The notes under the pieces: model-generated
The model's database searches: none
What the model saw: the letters and a program-made list of their open reading frames with translations, nothing else
Told to the model about the DNA's origin: nothing
Assembly: GCA_050014195.1 (NCBI GenBank)
Contig: JBEKDT010000011.1
Span: 64,001-128,000, forward strand
Reading direction: 5' to 3'
DNA: 64,000 nt
Source of the DNA: Desulfomonilia bacterium
Lineage (GTDB): Bacteria; Desulfobacterota; Desulfomonilia; UBA1062
Position numbers and translations under genes: made by a program
Part shown: positions 11,836-22,051 of the stretch, piece by piece
How the letters are laid out: every line of letters starts with the position of its first letter
Numbering within the stretch: position 1 is the first letter of the stretch

Positions 11836-14800
11836 GTGAGCTATTTGGGTATAGATGCGGGGAGTTCGTACATTAAGCTTTGGCATGAGGATATATCCGG
11901 TTCGCTCATTACCGCTCGGAACATCCACCACCGCGGGTCGCCCCGGAGTGTTGTGTCCCGTGAAGTTGGCCGCCTGCTTCCTGAACCCATATCTTTAAGT
12001 TTCTCCGGCAACCTTGACGCGCATGATATTGCAGGATGGCACCATGAAGGACTGCTGGCCGAGATTGATTACCTGAGAAAGATCCACGCCCAAAGGCAAC
12101 TGCTCATCTTCGGTGCAGAGAAGATCGAACTTGTGCACTTTGATGATGACGGGCACATCCTTTTCTATCAGACAAACCCTGCTTGCGCCGCGGGAACAGG
12201 CTCATTCCTGGACGAACAGATGCTCAGGCTGGGGCTCGATTTCTCCGACCTGCCTCACATTGCTATCGACGAGGATTCACCGATGGTGGCCACAAGGTGT
12301 GCGGTCTTTGCCAAGACCGACCTTATCCACCTCCAGCAGGATGGGCACACTGCATACTCTATTTATAATGGGCTCTGTAAGGGTCTGGTTCTGAGCAGCC
12401 TCAAGAGCGTGTTCGGGGGTAATCTTCCTGACGGAAGCGGCATCCTTGCCACCGGCGGCCTACTTGAGAACCCTCATATCCTTCATTTCTTGAAACAGGT
12501 CTTCACAAATGTCACGATAGCAAACACCCCTGCATTTACCAGGGCACGCGGTCTATGCCTGGCTGCACGGCTCGATGGACAGGCCTCAAGGGGTTTCATG
12601 GAAGTTCTCAAGAATCACACGCCAAGTAAAGTCCGCTCCATCGGTCTGCAGCCCCTGAAGCTCAAAAAGAGCACCTTCCCGACTAGGGAGATGAGCCGCC
12701 ATACGGATAACTACGGCAATGAGATCTGGCATGACCTGCATGCAAACGAACATTTGAACGCCTTCATCGGGGTGGATATCGGGTCTACCTCTACAAAGGC
12801 GGCACTCATTGATGATCAGGGCATGATAAGGCTTGATATCTATACCAAGACCTCAGGCAACCCTATCGAGGCAACAAGAAGGATCTTTGAAGGGATACTC
12901 TCTATTCAGAAAGACCTGCCCTGTACATTAACCATCCTGGGGTGTGCAACCACAGGCTCGGGGAGAAAGCTTGTAGGAACCATTATCGGTGCGGATCTCA
13001 TCGTAAATGAGATCACCGCTCATGCCAAGGGTGCTCTCATGCTCGATGATAACGTCAAAACCATCTTCGAGATTGGCGGCCAGGACGCAAAGTTCATCCG
13101 CATTGAGAACGGCCGAATCGTAGATGTGAATATGAACTATGTGTGCGCCGCCGGTACAGGCTCCTTTGTGGAGGAACAGGCCAGGACCTTGGGCATGGAC
13201 CTCGACGAGATCGGCGCTAAAGTGATGGGGGTGACCCCCCTGCCTAATTCCGACCGCTGTACCGTGTTTATGAACCAGGAGATAACCAAACAGCTTTCCT
13301 CGGGATACCCCAGAGAACAGATCATGGCCGGTGTGCTGTTGGCTGTGTTCAAGAACTATGTAGGCAAGGTCGTAGGCAACCGCTCCTACAATAAAGAAAA
13401 GATCGTCTTCCAGGGTGCCACTGCCCGGAATAAAGGACTGGTGGCGGCACTCGAGCAAATCACGGGCGCACAAGTCATGGTCTCTCCTTTCTGTCATGTC
13501 ATGGGCGCCTATGGGGCTGCACTGCTTGCCAAAGGGAAAGGTCTGAGCCGAACATCCTTCAGAGGTCTTACTATTCCTGAGGTCTCTATAAAAGAGCGTA
13601 TGTGCAAGGGCTGCGAGAATACCTGCAGGATCACGGTTGTTCAGATGGACTCGGAGAAGACGAGCTGGGGATACATGTGCGGCAGAGAGCCGGGCACACA
13701 AACTGAAGCCAGAAAAATCAACAGGAGTGTAAAGATAAGGGAAGACCTCCTTACACCCTACAGGAGTGCGCTGCAAAAAGGGAAGCATGTCTTTAAAATA
13801 CCTGCACTAGGATTATATGAAGAATTCATTCCCCTGCTCACCGAGATAGCAGCTGCCTGCGACCTGGGCATCGAGGTCTGCCATCCTGGGAAGAATGAGG
13901 TTCAAAAAGAGCTCTCTTCAATCGGTTCAGGGGATTTCTGCTATCCCATCAAGGTTGCCATGGCCTGTGTCAATGTCATCTTGAAGCAGGATCCAGCCTG
14001 CAAGATCCTCCTTCCTTACCTTATCCAGGACCAAAAGGATGCCTCCATCATACCGCGCAGCCTCTTCTGTCCTTTCATAACGGCTGTCCCGGCTTTTTTC
14101 AAAGAAGAACTCCACCGAGGAAGGCTATTCACCCCTGTGATCGACTTGAGCAGAAGCATCTCCTGGCAGGCCTGGCAGATAAGGGAATTTCTCAAACAAG
14201 CGGGTATTGATGGGGTAAGCCTGTTCGGGATCATGAAAGGGATAAGGCGAGGGATGGAAAGGCTTGAACAGCACCGTATCGAGCTGACCACCAGGGCCCG
14301 CTCGATCCTCGATGAGGTAGGGGATGAAAAGACAATCGTGCTCCTGGGCAGGCCCTACAACCTCTACCACAGGATACTCAATCTCGGCATCCCTGAGCTC
14401 ATCGAATCATTGGGGTATAAGGTGATTACCATGGATGCCGTCCCCGATGAGACGACAAACCAGGATATCACCGTCTACTTCCCCGATATGTACTGGTACC
14501 AGGGGCAGAGGATACTGAAGAAGGCCTTTTCTATCCGCAACAAGCCGAACCTGTTTCCGCTCATGATATCCAACTTCTCGTGCGGGCCTGATTCCTTCAT
14601 CCTCACCTATTTCGAGGAGATCTGCCGCGGCAAGCCATACCTCATCCTCGAACTGGATGAGCACGGCTCGGCAACCGGTTATCAGACGCGGATCGAGGCC
14701 TTCATCGACATGATCGATCAGCACAAGGGTGACAGCTCACAAGCCCCTCGCATCAGCAAACCTACAAGGATACGCTACAGCATCGAGGATATCAGGCATA

Positions 14801-16077
14801 ATACAAAGATCTGGATCCCCCAGATCCATCCGTACATACCCCAACTGTGGTCTGCAGTGCTGAACCACTATGGTTATGACACAGAAGCAATGGGCGAGGA
14901 GACTGCTGCCGAATGCGCAGCAGGAAGGGCATTATGCCGAGGGAGCGAATGCCTGCCCACAGCGGTTACTACGGGTAAATTCCTCTCAAAAATCAAGGAT
15001 GGCCCCACGAATTGCCACCAGGCACTCTTCATGCCCCGGGCAGAAGGGCCCTGCAGGTTCGGTCAGTATGCCACACTCCAGTCCATGATCTTTGAGCGGA
15101 ACAATCTAAAGAATGCCATCCTTTTCTCTCCCACTTCAGAAGATGGGTATGCCTTTCTCACGCCGAAGATGGAGATGGGGATCTGGAAGGCCATATGTCT
15201 GGGTGATGCCCTTTATAAGCTCAGATGCCGGGTCGTGCCCTATCATAAGCACCCGGTCATGGCCGAGGCGCTCATCAATGAAGTCTTGGATGAGATCTGT
15301 GGCCTGATCCGCTCAGGCCGTGACTGGAAGGTCGCCTTGTCATCCCTCATGGGCACACTCAGTATCGATTCCAGTCTCGATCAACCTCCAAAACCGCTTG
15401 TGGGCATTGTTGGTGAAATCTTTGTGCGGCTCAACAGCTTTTCCAACCAGCACATCGTCGAGGCTATCGAGGATGGCGGAGGAGAGGCCTGGCTTTCACC
15501 CATGACGGAATGGATTTACTATGTCTGGGAGAGCCTTGCCATGAAATCAGGACTCATGAAGAAGCTCGGCATAAACTTGAAAAAATATATTCTCCATAAA
15601 GTTGAAAAGAACATTATGGCCCTCTTCTCACCGGTGCTCGACCAGAGGCATGAGCCTTCTATGGCATCGGTCATGGGCAAGGCGGAAAGATTCATACCGC
15701 CCGACTTCGAGGGAGAAGCCATCCTCACCATAGGCAGGGCCAAGCTCTTTGCCGAACAAGGCACACACCTGGTGGTGAACTGCTCACCCTTCGGGTGCAT
15801 GCCTGGCAGGGTAACTTCGCACATTTTCCAGACCTACCGGGATTACTTCCAGGTGCCCGTGGTGAACCTCTTCTTTGATGGCACCGGTGACATCTCGGAC
15901 CAGGTGGGGATATACTTGAAATCCATTACCCAAAGTTACAGTGAAAAGGTCCAATCCACCAGGCGGTCTTCCATCTTCCGCAGGCCCGGGAAAAATCCGG
16001 CAGCCACACCATGGGCAAAGGTTATGGAGGATTCTTTGCAGGAAGATTTATATGATGATGAATCCAGGAGTCGGTAG
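11836..16077 (+). CDS. Acyl-CoA dehydratase activase fusion (tandem BadF/BcrAD ATPase domains + DUF2229-like domains)
   Basis: GIDAGSS and GVDIGSTSTK, two CAAGTGSF motifs, EIGGQDAK, CYPIK, NFSCGPD, PFGCMP; GTG start after GGAGG. Confidence 0.88.
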   Translation: MSYLGIDAGSSYIKLWHEDISGSLITARNIHHRGSPRSVVSREVGRLLPEPISLSFSGNLDAHDIAGWHHEGLLAEIDYLRKIHAQRQLLIFGAEKIELVHFDDDGHILFYQTNPACAAGTGSFLDEQMLRLGLDFSDLPHIAIDEDSPMVATRCAVFAKTDLIHLQQDGHTAYSIYNGLCKGLVLSSLKSVFGGNLPDGSGILATGGLLENPHILHFLKQVFTNVTIANTPAFTRARGLCLAARLDGQASRGFMEVLKNHTPSKVRSIGLQPLKLKKSTFPTREMSRHTDNYGNEIWHDLHANEHLNAFIGVDIGSTSTKAALIDDQGMIRLDIYTKTSGNPIEATRRIFEGILSIQKDLPCTLTILGCATTGSGRKLVGTIIGADLIVNEITAHAKGALMLDDNVKTIFEIGGQDAKFIRIENGRIVDVNMNYVCAAGTGSFVEEQARTLGMDLDEIGAKVMGVTPLPNSDRCTVFMNQEITKQLSSGYPREQIMAGVLLAVFKNYVGKVVGNRSYNKEKIVFQGATARNKGLVAALEQITGAQVMVSPFCHVMGAYGAALLAKGKGLSRTSFRGLTIPEVSIKERMCKGCENTCRITVVQMDSEKTSWGYMCGREPGTQTEARKINRSVKIREDLLTPYRSALQKGKHVFKIPALGLYEEFIPLLTEIAAACDLGIEVCHPGKNEVQKELSSIGSGDFCYPIKVAMACVNVILKQDPACKILLPYLIQDQKDASIIPRSLFCPFITAVPAFFKEELHRGRLFTPVIDLSRSISWQAWQIREFLKQAGIDGVSLFGIMKGIRRGMERLEQHRIELTTRARSILDEVGDEKTIVLLGRPYNLYHRILNLGIPELIESLGYKVITMDAVPDETTNQDITVYFPDMYWYQGQRILKKAFSIRNKPNLFPLMISNFSCGPDSFILTYFEEICRGKPYLILELDEHGSATGYQTRIEAFIDMIDQHKGDSSQAPRISKPTRIRYSIEDIRHNTKIWIPQIHPYIPQLWSAVLNHYGYDTEAMGEETAAECAAGRALCRGSECLPTAVTTGKFLSKIKDGPTNCHQALFMPRAEGPCRFGQYATLQSMIFERNNLKNAILFSPTSEDGYAFLTPKMEMGIWKAICLGDALYKLRCRVVPYHKHPVMAEALINEVLDEICGLIRSGRDWKVALSSLMGTLSIDSSLDQPPKPLVGIVGEIFVRLNSFSNQHIVEAIEDGGGEAWLSPMTEWIYYVWESLAMKSGLMKKLGINLKKYILHKVEKNIMALFSPVLDQRHEPSMASVMGKAERFIPPDFEGEAILTIGRAKLFAEQGTHLVVNCSPFGCMPGRVTSHIFQTYRDYFQVPVVNLFFDGTGDISDQVGIYLKSITQSYSEKVQSTRRSSIFRRPGKNPAATPWAKVMEDSLQEDLYDDESRSR

Positions 16078-16221
16078 TCAGGAAAAGTGAACAATGATCT
16101 GTGATCAGTGGACTGCCACCAGTGAATAGAATTGTGGCCAGGATTAAATCCGATATCATAGATTCTGCGGTGGCATGGGCTAAACCAAAGGTTTGCCCAT
16201 GGGATAAAAGAATTTGAAGAG

Positions 16222-16246
16222 CTGGTCGGGAAGCGGGGATTTGAAC
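16222..16246. repeat. att core copy 1 (direct repeat of tRNA-Pro 3' end)
   Basis: CTGGTCGGGAAGCGGGGATTTGAAC identical to 33231-33255. Confidence 0.95.
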
Positions 16247-16322
16247 ACTGACTCCTTCAAGCCCTGCCTTGCTTTCCAGGCATTACACGGCACTTACACG
16301 GCACTTTAATTAATCACCAATC

Positions 16323-16580
16323 TCATTTGTATACTTCACGTCGATGCCCTGTCTCTATGATGTAGACTATTAGCTCCTTGTCTTTCACCTCATAGAGAAT
16401 CCGGTAATCCCCCACCCGTATTCGGTATGCATCATTCGCCCCTTTCAACTTTTCCGAACCAGGCGGCCTTGGGTTTTCTTTCAATGATTCAATTGACGGG
16501 GACAATCGTGTCTGAACCTCACGTGACAGTTTACGAAAAGATCGAGCCGCATGAGATGTAAACTTGACAATATATGGCAT
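16323..16580 (-). CDS. RelE/ParE family toxin
   Basis: NPRPPGSEKLKG...YRIRVGDYRILYEV...GHRREVY. Confidence 0.92.
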   Translation of the reverse strand: MPYIVKFTSHAARSFRKLSREVQTRLSPSIESLKENPRPPGSEKLKGANDAYRIRVGDYRILYEVKDKELIVYIIETGHRREVYK

Positions 16581-16828
16581 TACAGACCGAGTTCCCTCTT
16601 GAGGTCATCCCATAGGACATCTTCGCCTTGCTCAGCCTTTATCTTTTTGATCGTTTCCATGTCTGCCCGGTCTTCTATGGCCTGTAGGAGTTCATAGTCC
16701 TCCACGGAAACAATCACTGCTACATCCTTGCCCCTGCGCTGTAAAGCTATCCTGTCACCCCTATACACTACCCTGTTCAGGGCATCGGCGGTATCCTTCC
16801 TAAGTTCACTCGTTGAAAGGCGAATCAT
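16580..16828 (-). CDS. Phd/YefM family antitoxin
   Basis: STSELRKDTADALNRV...IALQRRGKDVAVIVSVEDYE; stop overlaps toxin start. Confidence 0.9.
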   Translation of the reverse strand: MIRLSTSELRKDTADALNRVVYRGDRIALQRRGKDVAVIVSVEDYELLQAIEDRADMETIKKIKAEQGEDVLWDDLKRELGL

Positions 16829-17029
16829 CGTTCTGCTCCTTTTGTCTCTTTTGTACATATTGTATTATATCGGTTGGAGATTGATATTTCAAGAGTGTTT
16901 ATCACTTGCTTGATCGGCGGGGGGAATCGAACACTCGGTTCATATAGGCACAGCCTAGGTTTTCGGGTGTCTTACGGCACTTACACGGCACTAAGACGAA
17001 TAAAAAAGATAATAATATCAATTAATTAA

Positions 17030-17053
17030 TGGTCGGGAAGCGGGGATTTGAAC
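17030..17053. repeat. att core copy 2 (junction between the two tandem elements)
   Basis: TGGTCGGGAAGCGGGGATTTGAAC identical to tRNA-Pro 3' end; IHF-like TATCAATTAATTA at 17016-17028. Confidence 0.95.
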
Positions 17054-17181
17054 ACCACCTATTTGAGGCTCAGCCTAGCTTTCCTGGTCATACGGGGTAA
17101 TCACGGGGTAACTTAGCAGCCGATCTTTTCGCTTACCCTGGAGTCTTCCCCCCACCAAAAATATCCTCGTAAATACTGTAC

Positions 17182-17320
17182 TCATGGCTTGATATAAGCA
17201 TTCAGCCCGATAATAACTGGCTTACCGTTCACCTCAGCCTTAGTAACGGTATTACCATGTGTGCTTGCAACAACAAGGGTTTTACCAGATGCCGACGGTT
17301 TTGGCAAAATAATACCTAAA
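17182..17320 (-). pseudogene. C-terminal remnant of a small conserved mobile-element protein
   Basis: PSASGKTLVVASTHGN...VNGKPVIIGLNAY reads like a real conserved protein end, but the upstream part of the ORF looks random and lacks a clear RBS. Confidence 0.45.
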
Positions 17321-17563
17321 TGCAAACAGGCTCCCATCAGACTTCGGGGTGATATGTTCGGTATTGAACCACCAATTAAGAAGGATCTTACTTGTCTCCG
17401 TGGCCCCCTCGTAATTAAGAATCGCATAGGGTGATGTGGGAAAATCACGATGAATAGCCATTACGCAGCTCCTCTATATAGATATGATCTCATAAAAAGC
17501 TCATTGTATCCTTTGCCATAACATCTTGAGAAAGAATGATTAGCATCAAGGTCTTCCCAAACG

Positions 17564-17620
17564 TGTCATAAGTTGTGGCGTGAGTTTGTCGTAAGTTATG
17601 TCGCAAGATTGTCGCAAGTT
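17564..17620. repeat. Five imperfect 11-bp tandem repeats (TGTCGCAAGTT consensus)
   Basis: tgtcataagtt, tggcgtgagtt, tgtcgtaagtt, tgtcgcaagat, tgtcgcaagtt at 11-12 bp spacing. Confidence 0.8.
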
Positions 17621-17624
17621 CTTT

Positions 17625-18668
17625 TTATTCCTTGAGTCTGTATACCAGCTGGTTTGTAGCCCCTTCCGAAAGGAGAAGTCCTTTGTCGATCATGGCTTTC
17701 AAGTCCCTTTGGAGAGACCGACGGTTAACATTCGGGAAGATACGTTCAAAGTCCTGGATGGTCAGGCTACCGTGCTCAAGGATATGCTCAAGCGCCTTGG
17801 ACTGACGAAGGGAAAGATGCTGTTGTTCAGCCAACACATCCCTTCTAATGGCCTTTTCCCCACGTTGCTTGACTTCAGTTAGCTGAGTGGTAAGGCCATC
17901 AACAAAGTACTCAAGCCATCCGGTCATATCCATACCATTTTCTCGGACGCTCTGAATCGCACGGTAAAAGGATTTCCGGTCCCGGTCATAATATTCGCTG
18001 ATGGTGAATAATCGTTTGAAGTCATATCCTGCCTTGTAGAGGCATAGTGTTGAGAGGAGGCGGGATGTGCGACCATTGCCGTCCAGGAAGGGGTGTATAT
18101 GAACGAACTGAAACTGGGAGATGCCACTTACCAGTACGGGATGAACTCCTTTCTCATTATTGAGCCAGTCCACTAACTCCGACATCATGATCGGGACATC
18201 GTATGCCGGAGGCGGCGTATAGACGGTCTCGCCTGTTACGGAGTTAACCACATAATTCTGTATCTTCCGGTACTCACCCGGAGCTGCAGCACTCCCTCGT
18301 ACGCCTTCAACAAGTCGCTTGTGAATCTCACGAATAAGCCCCACAGTGATTGGTCCACCACTCTCAATGTACTCAGAGATAAAATCAAAGGCCTTCCGGT
18401 AGTTCAACAATTCCTGTGCATCGTCAGGATTGACCTCGGGGACAGGTTTCCCTTCCAGGAGACGTTCGGCCTGTTCAAGCGTTAGATGTGTTCCTTCAAT
18501 ATGGGTGGTATAATGCGCCTCTAGGATCAAGGCCCGATGCCCCATTTCCCGAACCCAGGCCTCTGATAAAGTTGCTGCATCTAAGAAACCACGTGCCCGT
18601 TCTATAAGGGTGAGACCGGCTGTTACCCGGTTGGAGATCGTGAACAAGGGGTTGAATCCCTTTGTCAT
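17625..18668 (-). CDS. Fic family protein with C-terminal winged HTH
   Basis: Canonical [12 protein letters not shown] Fic motif; TTHIEGT inhibitory-helix-like motif; C-terminal [14 protein letters not shown]. Confidence 0.92.
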   Translation of the reverse strand: MTKGFNPLFTISNRVTAGLTLIERARGFLDAATLSEAWVREMGHRALILEAHYTTHIEGTHLTLEQAERLLEGKPVPEVNPDDAQELLNYRKAFDFISEYIESGGPITVGLIREIHKRLVEGVRGSAAAPGEYRKIQNYVVNSVTGETVYTPPPAYDVPIMMSELVDWLNNEKGVHPVLVSGISQFQFVHIHPFLDGNGRTSRLLSTLCLYKAGYDFKRLFTISEYYDRDRKSFYRAIQSVRENGMDMTGWLEYFVDGLTTQLTEVKQRGEKAIRRDVLAEQQHLSLRQSKALEHILEHGSLTIQDFERIFPNVNRRSLQRDLKAMIDKGLLLSEGATNQLVYRLKE

Positions 18669-18816
18669 GGTAAGCCCTTAAAAATATAATTATGCATACT
18701 CTTTATTTTTTCACCATAATCTTCTTTTCGTAGTTCTTCTATGATCTTAGAAAGGACGACTCGATTCAATCATTAAATGCTCTTTCTGGTTTATTTTTAA
18801 TGCCCTTTAAATCGTT

Positions 18817-21798
18817 TTATCTCTCAAGCCCAAGTCCTTTGCCCTGATTCAAATCTCTCTCAATGCTCTTATTCACTGCGGGTGACATCTTGTGTCCGTC
18901 ATACTCAACGTATCGCTGTGTCTGCATGTTATCGTACTGCTTGTCATAGGGAACCATGCACCATACCCCATGTTTTGTCTCGATGACGGCGTATTTGTTC
19001 TCGCCGACCTCTTCTATTCTCGTGAAGTATCCCTCAACGGTCTTTTCATTAATGAATGCCACCTGGAGGCCCTCAGCCTGCATAAGCTGGCAGTATTTGG
19101 ATTCTGAAACATTGAGCTCTCTGTCATGTGTAAGCTGCCGCTTCTCTTCCTGATCACGGGCGAGCTGTCTCTCCTTATCTAAGATCCTCTTGTTAACTTC
19201 CTTCATTTCCCAACCGTCATAAACCACATAACGGTGCATGTGCATCTGATCGTATTGTTTGTCATAGGGCACCATGTAACAGGTTCCCTTGGTAAGATCT
19301 GCATGGGACTCGATAACGGCATATCTTCTTCCATCAATATCTAATGCCCGTGTGTAATACCCTTCCACTTCCTTGTCCCTGACAAACTCTACGTTGATTC
19401 CCCTCTCCTGCTGCTTCTGCCGGTATTCTTCCTTGGCTCGTTCATGGAGCTTCTGCTCAATCCGGCTGTAGAACCTTTCCTCGTATCTCAGGTGGAGGTC
19501 TCTTTTCTTCTCTGCAAGACGCTGCTCGGCATCCTGCTTTATTTCCTCATAAGACCTTACTTTCTCGGCTTTAATGAGTCTGTCGTCTATCTCAATACCC
19601 CTTGGGAGGCTGTAATCTACAATAAGACCCTTAGCCTGTTCCCTGCTCATGACTCTTTGCAGATCCTCGAAGTTTCTAAACTCATCCTTGCCATAGTACA
19701 TGGTCACATTCTCTCTATGCCTGCTCATGGCAACGTACGCAGTATGCTTGTCAAAATGCCTTGAGCCAAGCACAAAGGTATTATCCAGGGTTGAGCCCTG
19801 GGTCTTATGCACAGTAGCTGCATAGCCGTGGTCAAAGTCCCGATACATGGTGGTATCGATAGCGACTCTGTCGCCCTTGTCGAGCTTGACTGCCATGACT
19901 CCCCTGCTGATACTCTCCACTGTTCCGAGTGAGCCATTTCTTACACCCAGAGAGTGCTCGTTCCTCAGGAAGATGATCCGGTCACCCTTACTGAATGTCC
20001 TCTCTCCTTTCTCTGTCATGAAGGTATATCCGGCACTACGGAGTTCTCCATGCATCTTCCTGTACTGCCTGGCCCCCTGGTTCAGGTCATTCACGTCCTT
20101 GTTGGTATAGGCCATCATGAGACTGGTTCCGGGATTGTGCTTGTGCTCTGCCTGGTTTTCAGCCCAGTCTTTCAACAAGTGCTCTTTGGCCTCTTCCCTG
20201 GTCTGGAGTTCTCTTATGTGTCCATGGTTGTGGTACGTTTCGAGGGCCTTCTCCGTCTGTTCCCGTTTTCCGGAGAATTCTAGGGTGGCTTGCTTCTGCC
20301 ACTCAACTTGTTGCCGTCGTACCTCTGCAAGCTCAGCATAGTCGGTTCTCTGAATGATACCCCGGAACGATCCTCCTGCCTCAATAGACTGGAGCTGTTC
20401 GTTGTCTCCCACCAGGATCACTTTTGCTCCTGCTTCATGCGCATGATTGAGGATCTCGTGCATCTGTCTGGTGCCCACCATCCCGGCTTCATCGATCACC
20501 AGGATCTGGTCTTTACTGAGTAGATTTCTCTCATTTTCCCAGTCATCCAACTGCCTGAAGATGGTTGTGCTTTCTATGCCGCTTTCATTCTGCAGACCTT
20601 CTGCTGCAATGCCTGAAAGAGCAAGTCCTCTTACTCTATATCCTCCTGCTTCGTATGCTTCCTTGACTGCTCCGAGGGTGTAGCTTTTCCCAGTTCCTGC
20701 ACGACCGATCATGACGGAGATATCGCCACCCTCTGCGATGTCTCTGAAGGCTTTTTCCTGCTCCTCGCTCATGGTGTAGTTCTTTGTTGTCTGGTTGATG
20801 GTAGCCTGCTCCAGCACGTGTTCGCTTGAGGATCTCATTACTCTCGCATTATCGAGCATGGTCTTCTCGCTCATCATCATGGTGCGGGTAGAAAACAGGT
20901 CTTCTCCCTTATCGTTTTTCCCGATCTTGATAAGTTCCATGCTGTTCTCAAGGGCGGATAATACCCGGTTGAACTGATCTGCATCTGCGCTGTGCCGGAA
21001 GGCAAAATCCATGATGTCTTCCCGCTTGAACACGGCATCGTAATGCCCAACGAGCTTCAAGGCTTTTACCGGATCATTGATGATGCGTTCTCCGTTCTCT
21101 CTGCATATTCTCTGGTACTCTTCGAGGCGATCAAGTCCTCGGGTTTCTTGCAGGTGGAGGTAGCCCTTGGGCAGGTATTTCGCTGCTATCCCTATCTTCG
21201 TTGTTGGTTCAAGATCAATGCCTCTATCCTCGAAGCTCCTATGGTCAACCTGGATGTCATAACCGGCTTCCAGTAATTTCCGGTTCTGGATATTCGCCCA
21301 TTCTTCACGCCAGATAAGTATATTTGCTCTATCGTTCCAGGATCTTTGCTTATTGCCGAATCCGTTTGGCGTGACTTCTCTCGTAGTAAGTAAGATGTGA
21401 ACATGCGGGTTTTTCTCGCTCTTGTGAATGCAGATGTCGGCTATCATGCCCTGATCCACGAATTGTGCTTGTACATATTCCCGTACCAGCCCAATCTGCT
21501 GTTCGAGGTTAAGTTCCTTTGGAAGCGCTAATTCAACTTCCCGTGCGAGCTGGGCGTCCTTCCTCTTCTCTACCCTTTCCACTTCATTCCACAACGTTTG
21601 GCGGTCTTTCAGTCTCTCGGGTGTACCTTCAGGTAGGAGGATCTCTGCATAGGCAAGGTCTTTCTTCTTCGTGTAGTCAAAGGTAAGGTCCTGGCGCTCA
21701 TCATAGAGTTTTTCACGGCTTCGATATGCAGCAGCAGAGACTGCACTTCTCCCTGAAGACCTGCTTACTATCTTAGTTGTAGAATGATAACACGCCAT
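18817..21798 (-). CDS. traA: Ti-type conjugative relaxase-helicase TraA (MobA/MobL, MOBQ)
   Basis: MACYH..IVSRSSGRSAVSAAAYRS, NPHVHILLT HUH motif, GRAGTGKS Walker A, IDEAGMV, HGYAATVHKTQG, AYVAMSRHR. Confidence 0.93.
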   Translation of the reverse strand: MACYHSTTKIVSRSSGRSAVSAAAYRSREKLYDERQDLTFDYTKKKDLAYAEILLPEGTPERLKDRQTLWNEVERVEKRKDAQLAREVELALPKELNLEQQIGLVREYVQAQFVDQGMIADICIHKSEKNPHVHILLTTREVTPNGFGNKQRSWNDRANILIWREEWANIQNRKLLEAGYDIQVDHRSFEDRGIDLEPTTKIGIAAKYLPKGYLHLQETRGLDRLEEYQRICRENGERIINDPVKALKLVGHYDAVFKREDIMDFAFRHSADADQFNRVLSALENSMELIKIGKNDKGEDLFSTRTMMMSEKTMLDNARVMRSSSEHVLEQATINQTTKNYTMSEEQEKAFRDIAEGGDISVMIGRAGTGKSYTLGAVKEAYEAGGYRVRGLALSGIAAEGLQNESGIESTTIFRQLDDWENERNLLSKDQILVIDEAGMVGTRQMHEILNHAHEAGAKVILVGDNEQLQSIEAGGSFRGIIQRTDYAELAEVRRQQVEWQKQATLEFSGKREQTEKALETYHNHGHIRELQTREEAKEHLLKDWAENQAEHKHNPGTSLMMAYTNKDVNDLNQGARQYRKMHGELRSAGYTFMTEKGERTFSKGDRIIFLRNEHSLGVRNGSLGTVESISRGVMAVKLDKGDRVAIDTTMYRDFDHGYAATVHKTQGSTLDNTFVLGSRHFDKHTAYVAMSRHRENVTMYYGKDEFRNFEDLQRVMSREQAKGLIVDYSLPRGIEIDDRLIKAEKVRSYEEIKQDAEQRLAEKKRDLHLRYEERFYSRIEQKLHERAKEEYRQKQQERGINVEFVRDKEVEGYYTRALDIDGRRYAVIESHADLTKGTCYMVPYDKQYDQMHMHRYVVYDGWEMKEVNKRILDKERQLARDQEEKRQLTHDRELNVSESKYCQLMQAEGLQVAFINEKTVEGYFTRIEEVGENKYAVIETKHGVWCMVPYDKQYDNMQTQRYVEYDGHKMSPAVNKSIERDLNQGKGLGLER

Positions 21799-21841
21799 TT
21801 TTATTATCCGCTTAATCCTTAGTCGTTTTCTCAATACGCAC

Positions 21842-21871
21842 ACGACGCTTGCGTTGTATCAGTGCGCCTTT
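21842..21871 (+). other. Putative MOBQ oriT (nic region)
   Basis: Hairpin ACGACGC-TT-GCGTTGT followed by ATCAGTGCGCCTTT, resembling MOBQ TAAGTGCGCCCT, between divergent traA and mob genes. Confidence 0.75.
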
Positions 21872-22051
21872 CCTTCGTAAAGTATTTGGCCCTTCGGTCT
21901 GTTCTCGCATGGGGGTGGCCTCGTACGTTACGATAAATCCCGATACGCTATCGGGCTCATGAAAAACCTTGGTGTGCTCTCGCTTGACATCTAACCTCAC
22001 ATACTTTAAAACATATCAACATTTGTATTTATATTACTTTGAGAGGGCAGA

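Larger units (their letters stand above)
16222..17053. mobile_element. Miniature integrase-less element carrying a toxin-antitoxin pair
   Basis: Bounded by two tRNA-Pro 3' cores; tandem (TTAC)ACGGCAC repeats ~35 bp inside each end (16283-16304, 16972-16992). Confidence 0.75.

Noticed and set aside
16222-17053. Extra tRNA genes at 16222 and 17030
   Set aside because: Only the 3' 24-25 nt match; no anticodon or D arm, so these are att repeats
16283-17620. Possible CRISPR array from short repeats
   Set aside because: Repeats are 11 bp, adjacent and lack unique spacers; no cas genes seen in the window
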